Assembly (NCBI GenBank): GCA_963664395.2
Contig: OY761159.2
Coordinates: 2,688,001-2,752,000 of the forward strand
Source of the DNA: Candidatus Binatia bacterium
Lineage (GTDB): Bacteria; Desulfobacterota; Binatia; Bin18
Length of the DNA stretch: 64,000 nucleotides
Reading direction: 5' to 3'
In this document: positions 48,636 to 57,481 of the stretch, one piece after another
Layout of the letters: each line of letters opens with the position of its first letter
Position numbering within the stretch: the first letter of the stretch is position 1
The notes under the pieces: generated by a model
What the model was told of the DNA's origin: nothing
What the model saw: only the letters and a program-made list of their open reading frames with translations
Database searches by the model: none
Translations under genes and position numbers: made by a program

Positions 48636-50873
48636 ATGCGACGCATTCGAGACCTGCGGAAATATGAGCTACCAGACTCTTTGCTTGAAATCTGGGAACA
48701 CCAGCAGGGCGAATTTCTTTTACCCGTGCAGGAAATTGCGGTGCAGCGCTACGGGCTCTTTGACGGCCGCAGCCTCGTTATCTCCTCTCCGACGTCATCC
48801 GGCAAAACGTTTGTGGGCGAAATGGCGGCGATGCGCGCCGCCTTTGCCGGCCAGCGCGTACTCTATTTGACGCCGCTGCGCGCGCTGGCGGAAGAAAAAT
48901 ATGAAACGTTTCGGGCGCGTTATGGAACGTATGGCGTAAAGGTAGTGGTGGCGACGCGTGATAGACGCGAGTTTGATCAAGACATTGAACGCGGCGACTT
49001 CCAGCTGGCTGTTCTGGTGTATGAAAAACTCGCCCAGCTTCTTGTCCGCCATCCGCATGTGCTGCGGACCGTCGCCCTCGTAGTGGTGGATGAGCTTCAG
49101 ATGCTGGGCGATCCGGAACGGGGCTCCGGGCTTGAACTGACGTTGACAAAACTCCTCAGTTCAGCGCCGCGTCCGCAGCTTCTGGGACTCTCCGCTGTCC
49201 TCCGCGAGGCTGAGCAGGTCGCTGAATGGTTGGGTGCCGATCTCCTCTTACAGGATGAACGGCCGGTTGAACTCTACCGTGGCGTGGCGCTCGGTGACCG
49301 TTTTCGCTACCGCACCTATAACACGGGCGAAGAAGGCGAGGAGCAACTGGCTTGTATCGAGTCAGACGACCCGCACGAAATTTTATTTGCTCACGTCAAG
49401 CATCTTGCACAGCGGGGAGAGCAAATCCTTATCTTTCTGAAAGGCAAACGTGATACTGTCCGGTGCGCCTTGGAACTGGCTGAAGAATCCGAGTTGCCGC
49501 CGTCACCCGCCGCGCTGGCGGCGCTCGAACCGCTCGAAGAAACGTCCCTCAAGACACAGTTGCGGGAGGCCCTTGGTGGTGGTGTGGCGTTTCACCATGC
49601 CGACCTGACCTCAGCCGAGCGTGGGATTGTTGAGTCAGCCTACCGCCAGGGCGAAGTGCGGGTCATCGCGTGTACCACAACACTGGCCTTTGGGGTGAAT
49701 CTGCCGGCCTCTACGGTGTTCATCGAAGCAGTCAAATGGGACATGGATAAGCGGACGGGCACGGCGATCGAAGTCCCGCTCTCCTGGGCCGAATATGAAA
49801 ATATCTCCGGTCGGGCCGGACGGCTCGGATTTCACGAAGGATTTGGCCGGTCCATCCTGATTGCCACCAATCAGTTCCAAGCTGACTTATTGTGGCGAGG
49901 CTATGTCATGGGCGAGCAAGAGCAGTTTACGCCGGCACCGGGCCAGACCGGACTCGCGGATCGTATCCTCAATCTGATCGTTTCCAAAATCTGCCTTTCG
50001 ACCGATGAACTCCACGCTTTTTTGGGCCTGACCTATCTCGGATTTCAGCGGCGCGGCAATACCGTTCATGTCCCGAACCTTGCCCCGAACCTTGCCCCGA
50101 ACCTTGCCCCGGACGAAGCAGAGCAGGCGCTGAACGTTCTCATGAAGGCTCAGCTTATCAATCGCAGTGAGGACGGGCGGCTGGAAGCGTCAACGCTGGG
50201 AGAGGTTGCCGCCCGCAAAGGCATACGCGCCGCAACCGCGGTGAAACTGGCGCGCTTCTTTGAGTCCGCCCAGGGACGCGACGTGCCCGAGCTTGAACTC
50301 TTTTATGCTCTGAGCCTGACCGAAGACGGCCAAAAAATGCAGATTCCTTTGTCGTCTGCCGAACACCGAGGCCGGGGATACGAAAGCAAAGTGGGCGAGT
50401 GGATACGCGAACGAGGCTATGAGCCGGGCGACGATCTCCGGAAACTCCTCAACGCCCGCATGCTGCCGACAACCCAAGAGGCTCGGTCGGCAAAGCTTTC
50501 GCTGCTGCTGCTGGGCTGGATTAATGGGGATGGGTTGTCGTCTTTGGAAAACCGCTGCCAATGCTACGCCGGAACTATCCTCACCCTGGCGGATGAAGTC
50601 AGCTGGCTTGTGGATGCCGCGGCAGAGATTGCCGAGGTCATGGGTTGGGCTCCGGCCAAACAATTGTCTGAACTCGCAGAACGGGCGCGATTTGGTGTTG
50701 ATCCGTCGAGCTTGGAGTTGGCGCGGGCGCACCTGCCCGGTCTCAACCGTGAAGAAGTACAGGCGCTGGTGTCTGCTGGTTTCGATTCGCCGCGGGCTGT
50801 GCGCGAAGCGCCCCCGGAAGTCCTGGAGCCATACTTGTCGCCGAAGCAAATTGAGTCGCTCCGCACGTGCTGA
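48636..50873 (+). CDS. Ski2-like SF2 helicase, Hel308/HelQ-type
   Basis: Q motif LLPVQ, SPTSSGKT, PLRALAEEKY, DELQ, LSA, FHHADL, TTTLAFGVNLPA, SGRAGR, winged helix (STLGEV) and a C-terminal HhH-like region. Confidence 0.88.
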   Translation: MRRIRDLRKYELPDSLLEIWEHQQGEFLLPVQEIAVQRYGLFDGRSLVISSPTSSGKTFVGEMAAMRAAFAGQRVLYLTPLRALAEEKYETFRARYGTYGVKVVVATRDRREFDQDIERGDFQLAVLVYEKLAQLLVRHPHVLRTVALVVVDELQMLGDPERGSGLELTLTKLLSSAPRPQLLGLSAVLREAEQVAEWLGADLLLQDERPVELYRGVALGDRFRYRTYNTGEEGEEQLACIESDDPHEILFAHVKHLAQRGEQILIFLKGKRDTVRCALELAEESELPPSPAALAALEPLEETSLKTQLREALGGGVAFHHADLTSAERGIVESAYRQGEVRVIACTTTLAFGVNLPASTVFIEAVKWDMDKRTGTAIEVPLSWAEYENISGRAGRLGFHEGFGRSILIATNQFQADLLWRGYVMGEQEQFTPAPGQTGLADRILNLIVSKICLSTDELHAFLGLTYLGFQRRGNTVHVPNLAPNLAPNLAPDEAEQALNVLMKAQLINRSEDGRLEASTLGEVAARKGIRAATAVKLARFFESAQGRDVPELELFYALSLTEDGQKMQIPLSSAEHRGRGYESKVGEWIRERGYEPGDDLRKLLNARMLPTTQEARSAKLSLLLLGWINGDGLSSLENRCQCYAGTILTLADEVSWLVDAAAEIAEVMGWAPAKQLSELAERARFGVDPSSLELARAHLPGLNREEVQALVSAGFDSPRAVREAPPEVLEPYLSPKQIESLRTC
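50073..50108 (+). repeat. 12-bp in-frame tandem repeat CCGAACCTTGCC x3 (PNLA x3)
   Basis: Read directly in the helicase winged-helix region. Confidence 0.85.
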
Positions 50874-50909
50874 GCGGCTCTTCCGTAATCCTGGACAGAG
50901 CTGCATTCT

Positions 50910-52427
50910 ATGACTATCCCTTCGACTATCCCTTCGATCCCTTCGACTATCCCTTCGACTATCCCTTCGACTATCCCTTCTGTCGTTTTGGAACTGGCCC
51001 TCCAGACCCTGGAAGCCGAATCAGTTGCTCCTGATAGCCTGGTGTCCTTTCGTGCGACGCTGAATACAACCGAGCCGGTCGCTGAGGCGAATCGCTTACA
51101 CTGGTATGCGAATGAGCAGGTCTGCATAGAACGTTCTACTTACGGAACGCTCACCTTCTTTTTGCCTGCCGGAGGCGCGAGTGCATCTCCACGTCGTCTG
51201 GGGACCTTTGATCGCCATGGACGTTTACTCTCACTTTTTTTCTATTCCGCTGACGGTCTGGTGCAGAAGTTTAAGGTGCGCAATGTAGACGGCCACTTTC
51301 TCGGTGTCGTACGAGGCGCCGCCTCTCATCTGGGCTGGGGCAGGTCTGACGTTATTGGGGCGTTGGCAGGTGAGGGCGGCTTTGAGATGGCCCGGACACT
51401 CACCTTCTTCCGCTCAGTCTCGTATGAAGACTTGGATACCTTGCCGCCATTAGATGACCCGATGTGCCTCCCGCCCGGTGGCGGGGCAACCATCTTAAAC
51501 GTGCTTGCGCGGTTGGGGCAGGACCAGGAAAAACAAACGCTCCGCTATTGCGGGCCGTATCCCAGCGATCAGCTCTTTTTTACCCTTCGAGAGTCGTTCA
51601 CCTGTGGTGGCGAGGTCGGGGCCAATCGTGAACGTTTCACCCAAGAGGCAGAGGCGGCAGCCCTCCACATGACTATGGTTGAGGCCGCAGTAGACTGGCA
51701 GCCCGCGCCGCACGAACGGTTTTATCCAGCCGCGCACACGTGTGCGCAACTGCGGAACGGAGTCGAAAAAGTCTACGATCACGGCCATACCTATTACCGG
51801 CCCGACCTTGTGGCCGAAGCCCATCGGCTCCGCGTGCTCCAGACTGAGGAGGGTCAACACCGCTATATCGCCAGCTTGACCATATTGGGACAAGCGCTTG
51901 AGGATCACCTTATCCTGGATGAACAAGGAGAGATTCTCGAACGCCTCCCGAACCCCTCGCGGCGTTCTCTGCGTGGCGACCCAGTCCTCTCCCCGGACTG
52001 GAAGGCAGCGCTTGTTCGTCTGATTGCAGCAGAAAGCACATCGCTGCTGCACATCGCGCTGTGGCCGGTGATGGATGAGCTGACCATCATGTGGGGCACG
52101 GTGAATAAAGAACTGTGGGCGCTGAGTGGCAATGAACTCGTTTTGCACGCGGGCATGATCGCTGTCCATCGGGAGATGCAGAGCCGGGCAAACAGCGCGG
52201 GCGAAAAACTCTTGCTCGCCGCCCGGTTTCTGTCCGAATTAGCTCGGCTGATTGGTCCCTTGATTCGCAGCCGCGCCCAAGCCCAATTAGCCAGCCTCTC
52301 GCCGGCTGACCAGAATGTGGCGCTGCTGTTCGCTGCCCCGGACACGCCAGGGCTGTCGGATAACGAACTGCGGGCGTTTCTGATGGGTCTCGCGCAGGGA
52401 GAAGAACTGCCGCTGGTGGTAGAATAA
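50910..52427 (+). CDS. Hypothetical protein (505 aa)
   Basis: Long ORF co-oriented with the helicase; no family recognised; contains YCGPYPSDQLFFTLRESF. Confidence 0.75.
   Translation: MTIPSTIPSIPSTIPSTIPSTIPSVVLELALQTLEAESVAPDSLVSFRATLNTTEPVAEANRLHWYANEQVCIERSTYGTLTFFLPAGGASASPRRLGTFDRHGRLLSLFFYSADGLVQKFKVRNVDGHFLGVVRGAASHLGWGRSDVIGALAGEGGFEMARTLTFFRSVSYEDLDTLPPLDDPMCLPPGGGATILNVLARLGQDQEKQTLRYCGPYPSDQLFFTLRESFTCGGEVGANRERFTQEAEAAALHMTMVEAAVDWQPAPHERFYPAAHTCAQLRNGVEKVYDHGHTYYRPDLVAEAHRLRVLQTEEGQHRYIASLTILGQALEDHLILDEQGEILERLPNPSRRSLRGDPVLSPDWKAALVRLIAAESTSLLHIALWPVMDELTIMWGTVNKELWALSGNELVLHAGMIAVHREMQSRANSAGEKLLLAARFLSELARLIGPLIRSRAQAQLASLSPADQNVALLFAAPDTPGLSDNELRAFLMGLAQGEELPLVVE
50912..50980 (+). 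repeat. 12-bp tandem repeat GACTATCCCTTC x5 plus one 9-bp unit, at the gene start
   Basis: Encodes TIPS TIPS IPS TIPS TIPS TIPS; all unit lengths keep the frame. Confidence 0.9.
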
Positions 52428-52543
52428 AGGGCAGCATTTACGCCAAATGCGAGAGAAGGAGCGGCAAGAAGAGCACCCTGGAATGGTTTCAGTTAGCCAT
52501 TGGCAGCGGCTTATTTATCTCACTCGCTGTCCTGACCTGGGGG

Positions 52544-53461
52544 TCACTCGGCACTCGCGGCGGGATAGCGGCCTATAGTCTTTGCCGCTCTGACCGTCTG
52601 GCAGTGGGCGGTCACAATTCTATTGATATCCCGCGCGTAGCCGCCGCCTAAGGTCACAACAAGCGGTATGCCTGCCCGCCGGGCGAATGCGCACACGAAC
52701 CGATCCCGTTCCCCAACCCCGGCCATCGACAGCGCCAGTTTTCCGAACCGGTCGCCCCGGAGCACATCCACTCCAGCCTGGTACAGGATCAGGTCTGGTC
52801 TGGCTTGTTGGAGTAGTACAGGCAGGCTTTCTTCCAACAAACCTAAATACTGCTCGTCCGTCGTTCCATCCGGCAGCGCGATATCCCACGAACTCTGTTC
52901 TTTGTGGGCTGGGTAGTTATTTTCTCCGTGCATGGAAAAGGTGAAGGTATCAGGGTCGGTCTGACACAACGCAGCCGTGCCATTCCCTTGATGCACATCG
53001 AGATCAATAATCAGGGCACGGCTGATACATCCATCCGCGCGTAGCCGCCGCAGGACAATGACCAGGTCGTTAAAAACACAGTAGCCCTCGCCGTGGTCGG
53101 CAAACGCGTGATGGGTGCCTCCGGCGAGATTAGCCGCAATCCCATCTCTGAGTGCTGCCCGGGCTGCTCCAAGCGTTCCGCCAATTACGGCAAACGCGCG
53201 GTGGACGAGTTCCTGGGACCACGGCAAGCCGAGGCGGAGCATGGCCTTGCGCTCCAACGTCCCGTTGATAAAGGCGTGGACATACGCCGGCGTATGCACG
53301 CGAAGAATATCTCCGGGGGCTATCGGCTGCGGCTCAACGATTACATCCGGAGTGAGGATGCCCTCGGCCAGTAGCCGTTCCGGGACCAGGCGATATTTAT
53401 CCATGGGATAGGAGTGATTGCCCATGGGCGCAGTGTAGCGAGCGGAAGTAAAGGCGTGCAT
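52544..53461 (-). CDS. Histone deacetylase family (Zn-dependent deacylase)
   Basis: GGTHHA, GYCVFND, DLDVHQGNGT, AGVDVLRGD, GGGY. Confidence 0.92.
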   Translation of the reverse strand: MHAFTSARYTAPMGNHSYPMDKYRLVPERLLAEGILTPDVIVEPQPIAPGDILRVHTPAYVHAFINGTLERKAMLRLGLPWSQELVHRAFAVIGGTLGAARAALRDGIAANLAGGTHHAFADHGEGYCVFNDLVIVLRRLRADGCISRALIIDLDVHQGNGTAALCQTDPDTFTFSMHGENNYPAHKEQSSWDIALPDGTTDEQYLGLLEESLPVLLQQARPDLILYQAGVDVLRGDRFGKLALSMAGVGERDRFVCAFARRAGIPLVVTLGGGYARDINRIVTAHCQTVRAAKTIGRYPAASAE

Positions 53462-53489
53462 AACGAGTCACAAGTCGACTTTCCGCGGC

Positions 53490-54050
53490 TTATCGTCTCT
53501 TCATTGCATCAATCAGCGCTTGGACATGTGTCACCTGTACGACACGCCACAGACCTTCGGGGGTATAACGGAGTCCGATTTCAATCTCTTCGCCGTTTCT
53601 GAGTGGGACTGGAAAGTAACGCACCTGCTCACGCGTTTCTCCGCCGACCAGCGCTCCAACGACTGCAATCGTCGGGATCTGCGGCAGTTCCTGATCCGGG
53701 TTTTGAAACGCTTGTCGTACGGCAAACGTTACTCCTGCCTGGGCGATATCCTGGGCATTCCGAGCCAGACTCCTGAGCCCCTTTTGCAGGAGATTGGCCA
53801 GTGAGCCCTGCGACGGTGAATCCTGCTGTTGCGGGACATCCGGTGAGCCGTGCCCCAACTCCTCAAGGGCATGGCCGACAACACTGCCAATATCGACATA
53901 CTGCGTAAAGGTCTCATAGTTGCGCGTCTTGAGAGATTGTTGGATTTGATAGACGGAATAGGAGGCTGTCTGCATCCAGGCGTAGACTCCACCCAGCCCG
54001 AGAAGAACAGAAATCACGATCACTCGCAAGCTTTTCATGTACGCCATCAT
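53490..54050 (-). CDS. DUF2939-like membrane-anchored protein
   Basis: N-terminal TM helix, TASYSVYQIQQSL...FTQYVDIGSV, C-terminal WRVVQV; start uncertain (54050 or 54038). Confidence 0.6.
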   Translation of the reverse strand: MMAYMKSLRVIVISVLLGLGGVYAWMQTASYSVYQIQQSLKTRNYETFTQYVDIGSVVGHALEELGHGSPDVPQQQDSPSQGSLANLLQKGLRSLARNAQDIAQAGVTFAVRQAFQNPDQELPQIPTIAVVGALVGGETREQVRYFPVPLRNGEEIEIGLRYTPEGLWRVVQVTHVQALIDAMKRR

Positions 54051-54119
54051 ACGTGAGGAATATCCGGTACGGAATGTGGGGCGCGGATGAAGTCTGACGA
54101 GGGCAGGATGTGTGATCGC

Positions 54120-54148
54120 TTGACAGGCGTGAGGACGAGGGCCACAAT
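54120..54148 (+). promoter_or_regulatory. Putative sigma70 promoter
   Basis: TTGACA-N17-CACAAT upstream of the CDS at 54194. Confidence 0.45.
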
Positions 54149-54193
54149 CCGCACGCTGCATGATGGAGCGAAGTTAAGATGGAGCGAAGTAAT

Positions 54194-55081
54194 ATGCAAA
54201 CCATAGGCATTCTCTACCCCGGTGATATGGGCCATAATGTCGGGCGTGTGCTGAAAGAAGACGGCTTTTCAGTCGTGACGACGCTACTCGGTCGGAGCGA
54301 GCGGACGCGACAGCTCAGCACCCAAGCCGCGCTAACCGAGCTCGATTCCATGGCGGCAGTCGTTGAGCAGGCGGATATCGTCCTCTCAATTATTCCCCCA
54401 ACGGCAGCACGAACCGTCTCGCACGATTTTGCAAATGCCGTCCGGCAGGTGAACCGGACGCCGTTATTTATCGACGCGAATGCCGTGTCGCCGCTGACCG
54501 TTTGCCAGGTCGGTGAGACTATTCGCGCAGCGGGATGTAACTTTCTGGATGCCTGCATTATCGGTCCGGCCCGGGATGTGCGGGGCCGCTGCACGTTTTA
54601 TGTCAGCGGTCCGCGGGCCGAATTGTTTGAGTCGGCTCTTGGACACTCGCTCCGCACCCACCTTTTGGGCGACACGATAGGCCAAGCCTCTGCCTTTAAG
54701 ATGTTGTTCTCCGGCCTCAACAAAGGATTGGTTGCCGTGTTGAGTGAACTGACGGTGGCGGCACAGGAATATGGTTTCCTGGATGAGCTGCTCGCCTGTT
54801 ACATCGAGCTTTTTCCGGGCGTCATGCAGTCGCTGGAATGGCTCGTGCCGACCTATCCCTTTCATGCCGCCAGACGGGCTGAAGAAATGCGTGAACTGGC
54901 CGAGACGCTCGAACACGTGCAATCTTCCTCAGTCATGGCGCGAGGGACTCAGCAGACTTTGACTGAGATTGGCCAGCTCAACCTGGCTGAGCGGTTCCCG
55001 GAGCATGGAGAGCAGGACTGGACCATGCGTCAAGTCCTTGACGCTCTCGGCCAATGTGGCGCGCTGAAACGGAGTTCCTGA
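54194..55081 (+). CDS. NAD(P)-dependent oxidoreductase (6-PGDH/3-HIBADH-like, DUF1932)
   Basis: IGILYPGDMG, DANAVSP, ASAFKM...KG, HAARRAEEM. Confidence 0.85.
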   Translation: MQTIGILYPGDMGHNVGRVLKEDGFSVVTTLLGRSERTRQLSTQAALTELDSMAAVVEQADIVLSIIPPTAARTVSHDFANAVRQVNRTPLFIDANAVSPLTVCQVGETIRAAGCNFLDACIIGPARDVRGRCTFYVSGPRAELFESALGHSLRTHLLGDTIGQASAFKMLFSGLNKGLVAVLSELTVAAQEYGFLDELLACYIELFPGVMQSLEWLVPTYPFHAARRAEEMRELAETLEHVQSSSVMARGTQQTLTEIGQLNLAERFPEHGEQDWTMRQVLDALGQCGALKRSS

Positions 55082-55151
55082 TACTGTCCGTATTCCACTA
55101 TAACTGTCCGGGCGCATAGAGTTCGGGCTTGTGTCTGTGGCTCGTTTCTGC

Positions 55152-55180
55152 TTGACACGCAGAGGGCATCAGGCTAGAAG
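55152..55180 (+). promoter_or_regulatory. Putative sigma70 promoter
   Basis: TTGACA-N17-TAGAAG upstream of the CDS at 55239. Confidence 0.4.
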
Positions 55181-55238
55181 ACGCTTAAATGTTCCAATAA
55201 TGAACGCTTGAGTAAAGCTAAAAAATAAGGAGCCTCCC

Positions 55239-56234
55239 ATGTCATACACGCATACCGTGCAGGCAACCTCCGATGCAATTTTCACGCAACTGCTTGATGT
55301 CCAAGACCAGGACATGCGCAATCTGTACGAGAAGGCCAAACGTGACCAATGGAATGCCTCGACTGACATTGACTGGGACAACGGGGGCGACCCGGATTGT
55401 GGTATTTTACCCGACGGCTTGATTGACATTTACGGTACAAAATACTGGGACAAGCTGGACGACAAGCATCGACTCGACCTCAATCGGCACTTCTCCGCCT
55501 GGCGGATCAGCCAGCTCATGTACGGTGAGCAATTTGCCTTAATGGTCTGTGGTCAGATTGCCAATGTGGTTCCGGGTATCGACTCGAAGTTTTTTATGGC
55601 CACTCAGGTCGCTGATGAGGCCCGCCACTCAGAGGTGCTGGCCCGCTATCTGTACGACAAAGTCGGTGTGACGTATCCGCTGACCGCGAACTTAAAGAAT
55701 CTGTTCGACCATATCCTGGCCATGCCGCAGTGGTATCTCAAGACCGTGGGCACCCAACTCGTGGCGGAAACATTGGCCGTGTCACTGTTTCGGATGCTGG
55801 CAGACCACAGCCCGGACCCGTTAATCAGCCAGATCTGTCGCCGCATCCTCTCTGACGAGTCTCGTCACATGGGTTTCGGGATGCTCAGTCTGCCCGACCA
55901 AATACAGGAGTTGTCGGAGAAAGAGCTCGAAGAAGTCGAAGACTTTGCCTGCGAAGCAACCGCCGGACTCCTGCAGGGACAATTCCCCAGAGAAGCGTAT
56001 GAAGCAGTTGGCTTTACCAAGGCCGAGGTCGAAGACATCCGAACCATGCGCCACAAAGTTGCCAAAAAGAACGAATATGTTGCGTTTCGGACCTTCTTTA
56101 AGAAAGATTTTCATGCCGCCTTGTGGAGCAATATGGGGAAAGTCGGCCTGCTGAGTGAGCGGGCGATTGAGAAGCTCGGAACGATGGGCATTGCCGCTCC
56201 ACAGGAACAGCAGCGAGAGCAAGCCGCAGCGTAA
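55239..56234 (+). CDS. Ferritin-like diiron protein (AurF/desaturase-like)
   Basis: LYEKAKRDQW, GEQFA, DEARH, AETLA, DESRH (paired ExxH motifs). Confidence 0.82.
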   Translation: MSYTHTVQATSDAIFTQLLDVQDQDMRNLYEKAKRDQWNASTDIDWDNGGDPDCGILPDGLIDIYGTKYWDKLDDKHRLDLNRHFSAWRISQLMYGEQFALMVCGQIANVVPGIDSKFFMATQVADEARHSEVLARYLYDKVGVTYPLTANLKNLFDHILAMPQWYLKTVGTQLVAETLAVSLFRMLADHSPDPLISQICRRILSDESRHMGFGMLSLPDQIQELSEKELEEVEDFACEATAGLLQGQFPREAYEAVGFTKAEVEDIRTMRHKVAKKNEYVAFRTFFKKDFHAALWSNMGKVGLLSERAIEKLGTMGIAAPQEQQREQAAA

Positions 56235-56244
56235 GGGCGGACAT

Positions 56245-56273
56245 GTAGGGGCGAGTTTCAAACCCGCCCCTAC
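56245..56273. repeat. GTAG-type REP palindrome
   Basis: GTAGGGGCGAGTTTCAAACCCGCCCCTAC. Confidence 0.75.
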
Positions 56274-56302
56274 CAATCGCACAGGCAAAAGGAGGGGCTA
56301 TC

Positions 56303-57082
56303 ATGGGTGAATTTGTTGAGGTTGCACAGGCCAGAACACTGTCCGGGTTGCGACTCGTGCTGTCGCTCGGTGTGCCGGGTCCGTGGAGTGAGGCCGCCAA
56401 GGGCATTCTGTACGTCAAAAAAATTCCCTATGTGCGCGTCCGTCAGGAAATCGGCGGCGCCAACACGGAGCTGACCGAATGGACCGCGCAAGCGACCGCA
56501 CCGGTTACGGTCTGGAACGATGAACCGCCGCGCTCAACCTGGATAGAGCAGCTCCTTTTGGCCGAGCGCCTGCAACCGACGCCGGCCTTGATACCGGACA
56601 ATATCGAGGACCGGATGCTGATGTTCGGCTATTGCAACGAGCTGTGCGGCGAGCATGGCTACGGCTGGTCAAAACGCCTGATGCTGCTCAATCCGATCCT
56701 GACCAACGCCGACGCGGAAGAATCGGCGCGGGCCTTCGCCTCTCATCTGGGCAATAAATACGGGTATGAGCGAGCGGAAGCAGAGGCGGCGCCGGCTCGG
56801 GTAGCCGAAATTCTGAAAACCCTCAGCACCCGCTTGGAGCAACAGCACAAAAATGGCAGTAAGTTTTTTATTGGAGACCAGTTATCCGCCCTGGACATTT
56901 ACTGGTCAACATTTGCCGCCCTCATCCAACCGCTGCCGCACGAACTGTGCCCGATGCCCGCTGCCTTTCGGACTATGTACACCAATACCGACCCGGTCGT
57001 GCAAGCCGCGGTGAAGCCGATACTGCTCGAACACCGCGACTTCGTCTATCACGAATACCTTGAGCTGCCGATTGATTTGTAG
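56303..57082 (+). CDS. Glutathione S-transferase-like protein
   Basis: PGPWSEAAKGIL, QATAP, FFIGDQLSALDIYW. Confidence 0.78.
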   Translation: MGEFVEVAQARTLSGLRLVLSLGVPGPWSEAAKGILYVKKIPYVRVRQEIGGANTELTEWTAQATAPVTVWNDEPPRSTWIEQLLLAERLQPTPALIPDNIEDRMLMFGYCNELCGEHGYGWSKRLMLLNPILTNADAEESARAFASHLGNKYGYERAEAEAAPARVAEILKTLSTRLEQQHKNGSKFFIGDQLSALDIYWSTFAALIQPLPHELCPMPAAFRTMYTNTDPVVQAAVKPILLEHRDFVYHEYLELPIDL

Positions 57083-57122
57083 GCCGATTTCGCAAGAAGC
57101 TGGCAGCGAAAGGGGTGACCTT

Positions 57123-57392
57123 ATGGCCGTCAGCCAGACCAATGCCCACAAGAAGGTGGATAAGATATTGCAAAAGCTGAACACGCTGGAAAACAACGAC
57201 AAGGCGTTGGCCAAGCAGACCAACTATCTGGCGCAACTGGTGGTGCTGGCCAAGCAGGACTCTGCTCGCCAGCATCAGGAATCACAGGCCATGCTGCGAG
57301 AAATGGGGCAAATGCTCCCGGAAATGAAGCAGTCCTCTGACCGGACAGAAGAACGGGTGGCGACCATTTTAGCCGAGACGAGGCAGCACTGA
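57123..57392 (+). CDS. Small coiled-coil hypothetical protein
   Basis: GGGG-type RBS, 89 aa with a heptad pattern. Confidence 0.55.
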   Translation: MAVSQTNAHKKVDKILQKLNTLENNDKALAKQTNYLAQLVVLAKQDSARQHQESQAMLREMGQMLPEMKQSSDRTEERVATILAETRQH

Positions 57393-57481
57393 AGCCGTTA
57401 CTCCATCCCCCATTCTGGGGGTGACTCCGGGAGGGCTAGTGGGCATAATGCCCAAAAACAATTTTCCTGAGAGGAACTTCC

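Noticed and set aside
48534-50980. Tandem repeats as a possible CRISPR array
   Set aside because: Units are 10-12 bp and directly adjacent with no spacers; no cas genes, and the helicase has no Cas3 HD domain.
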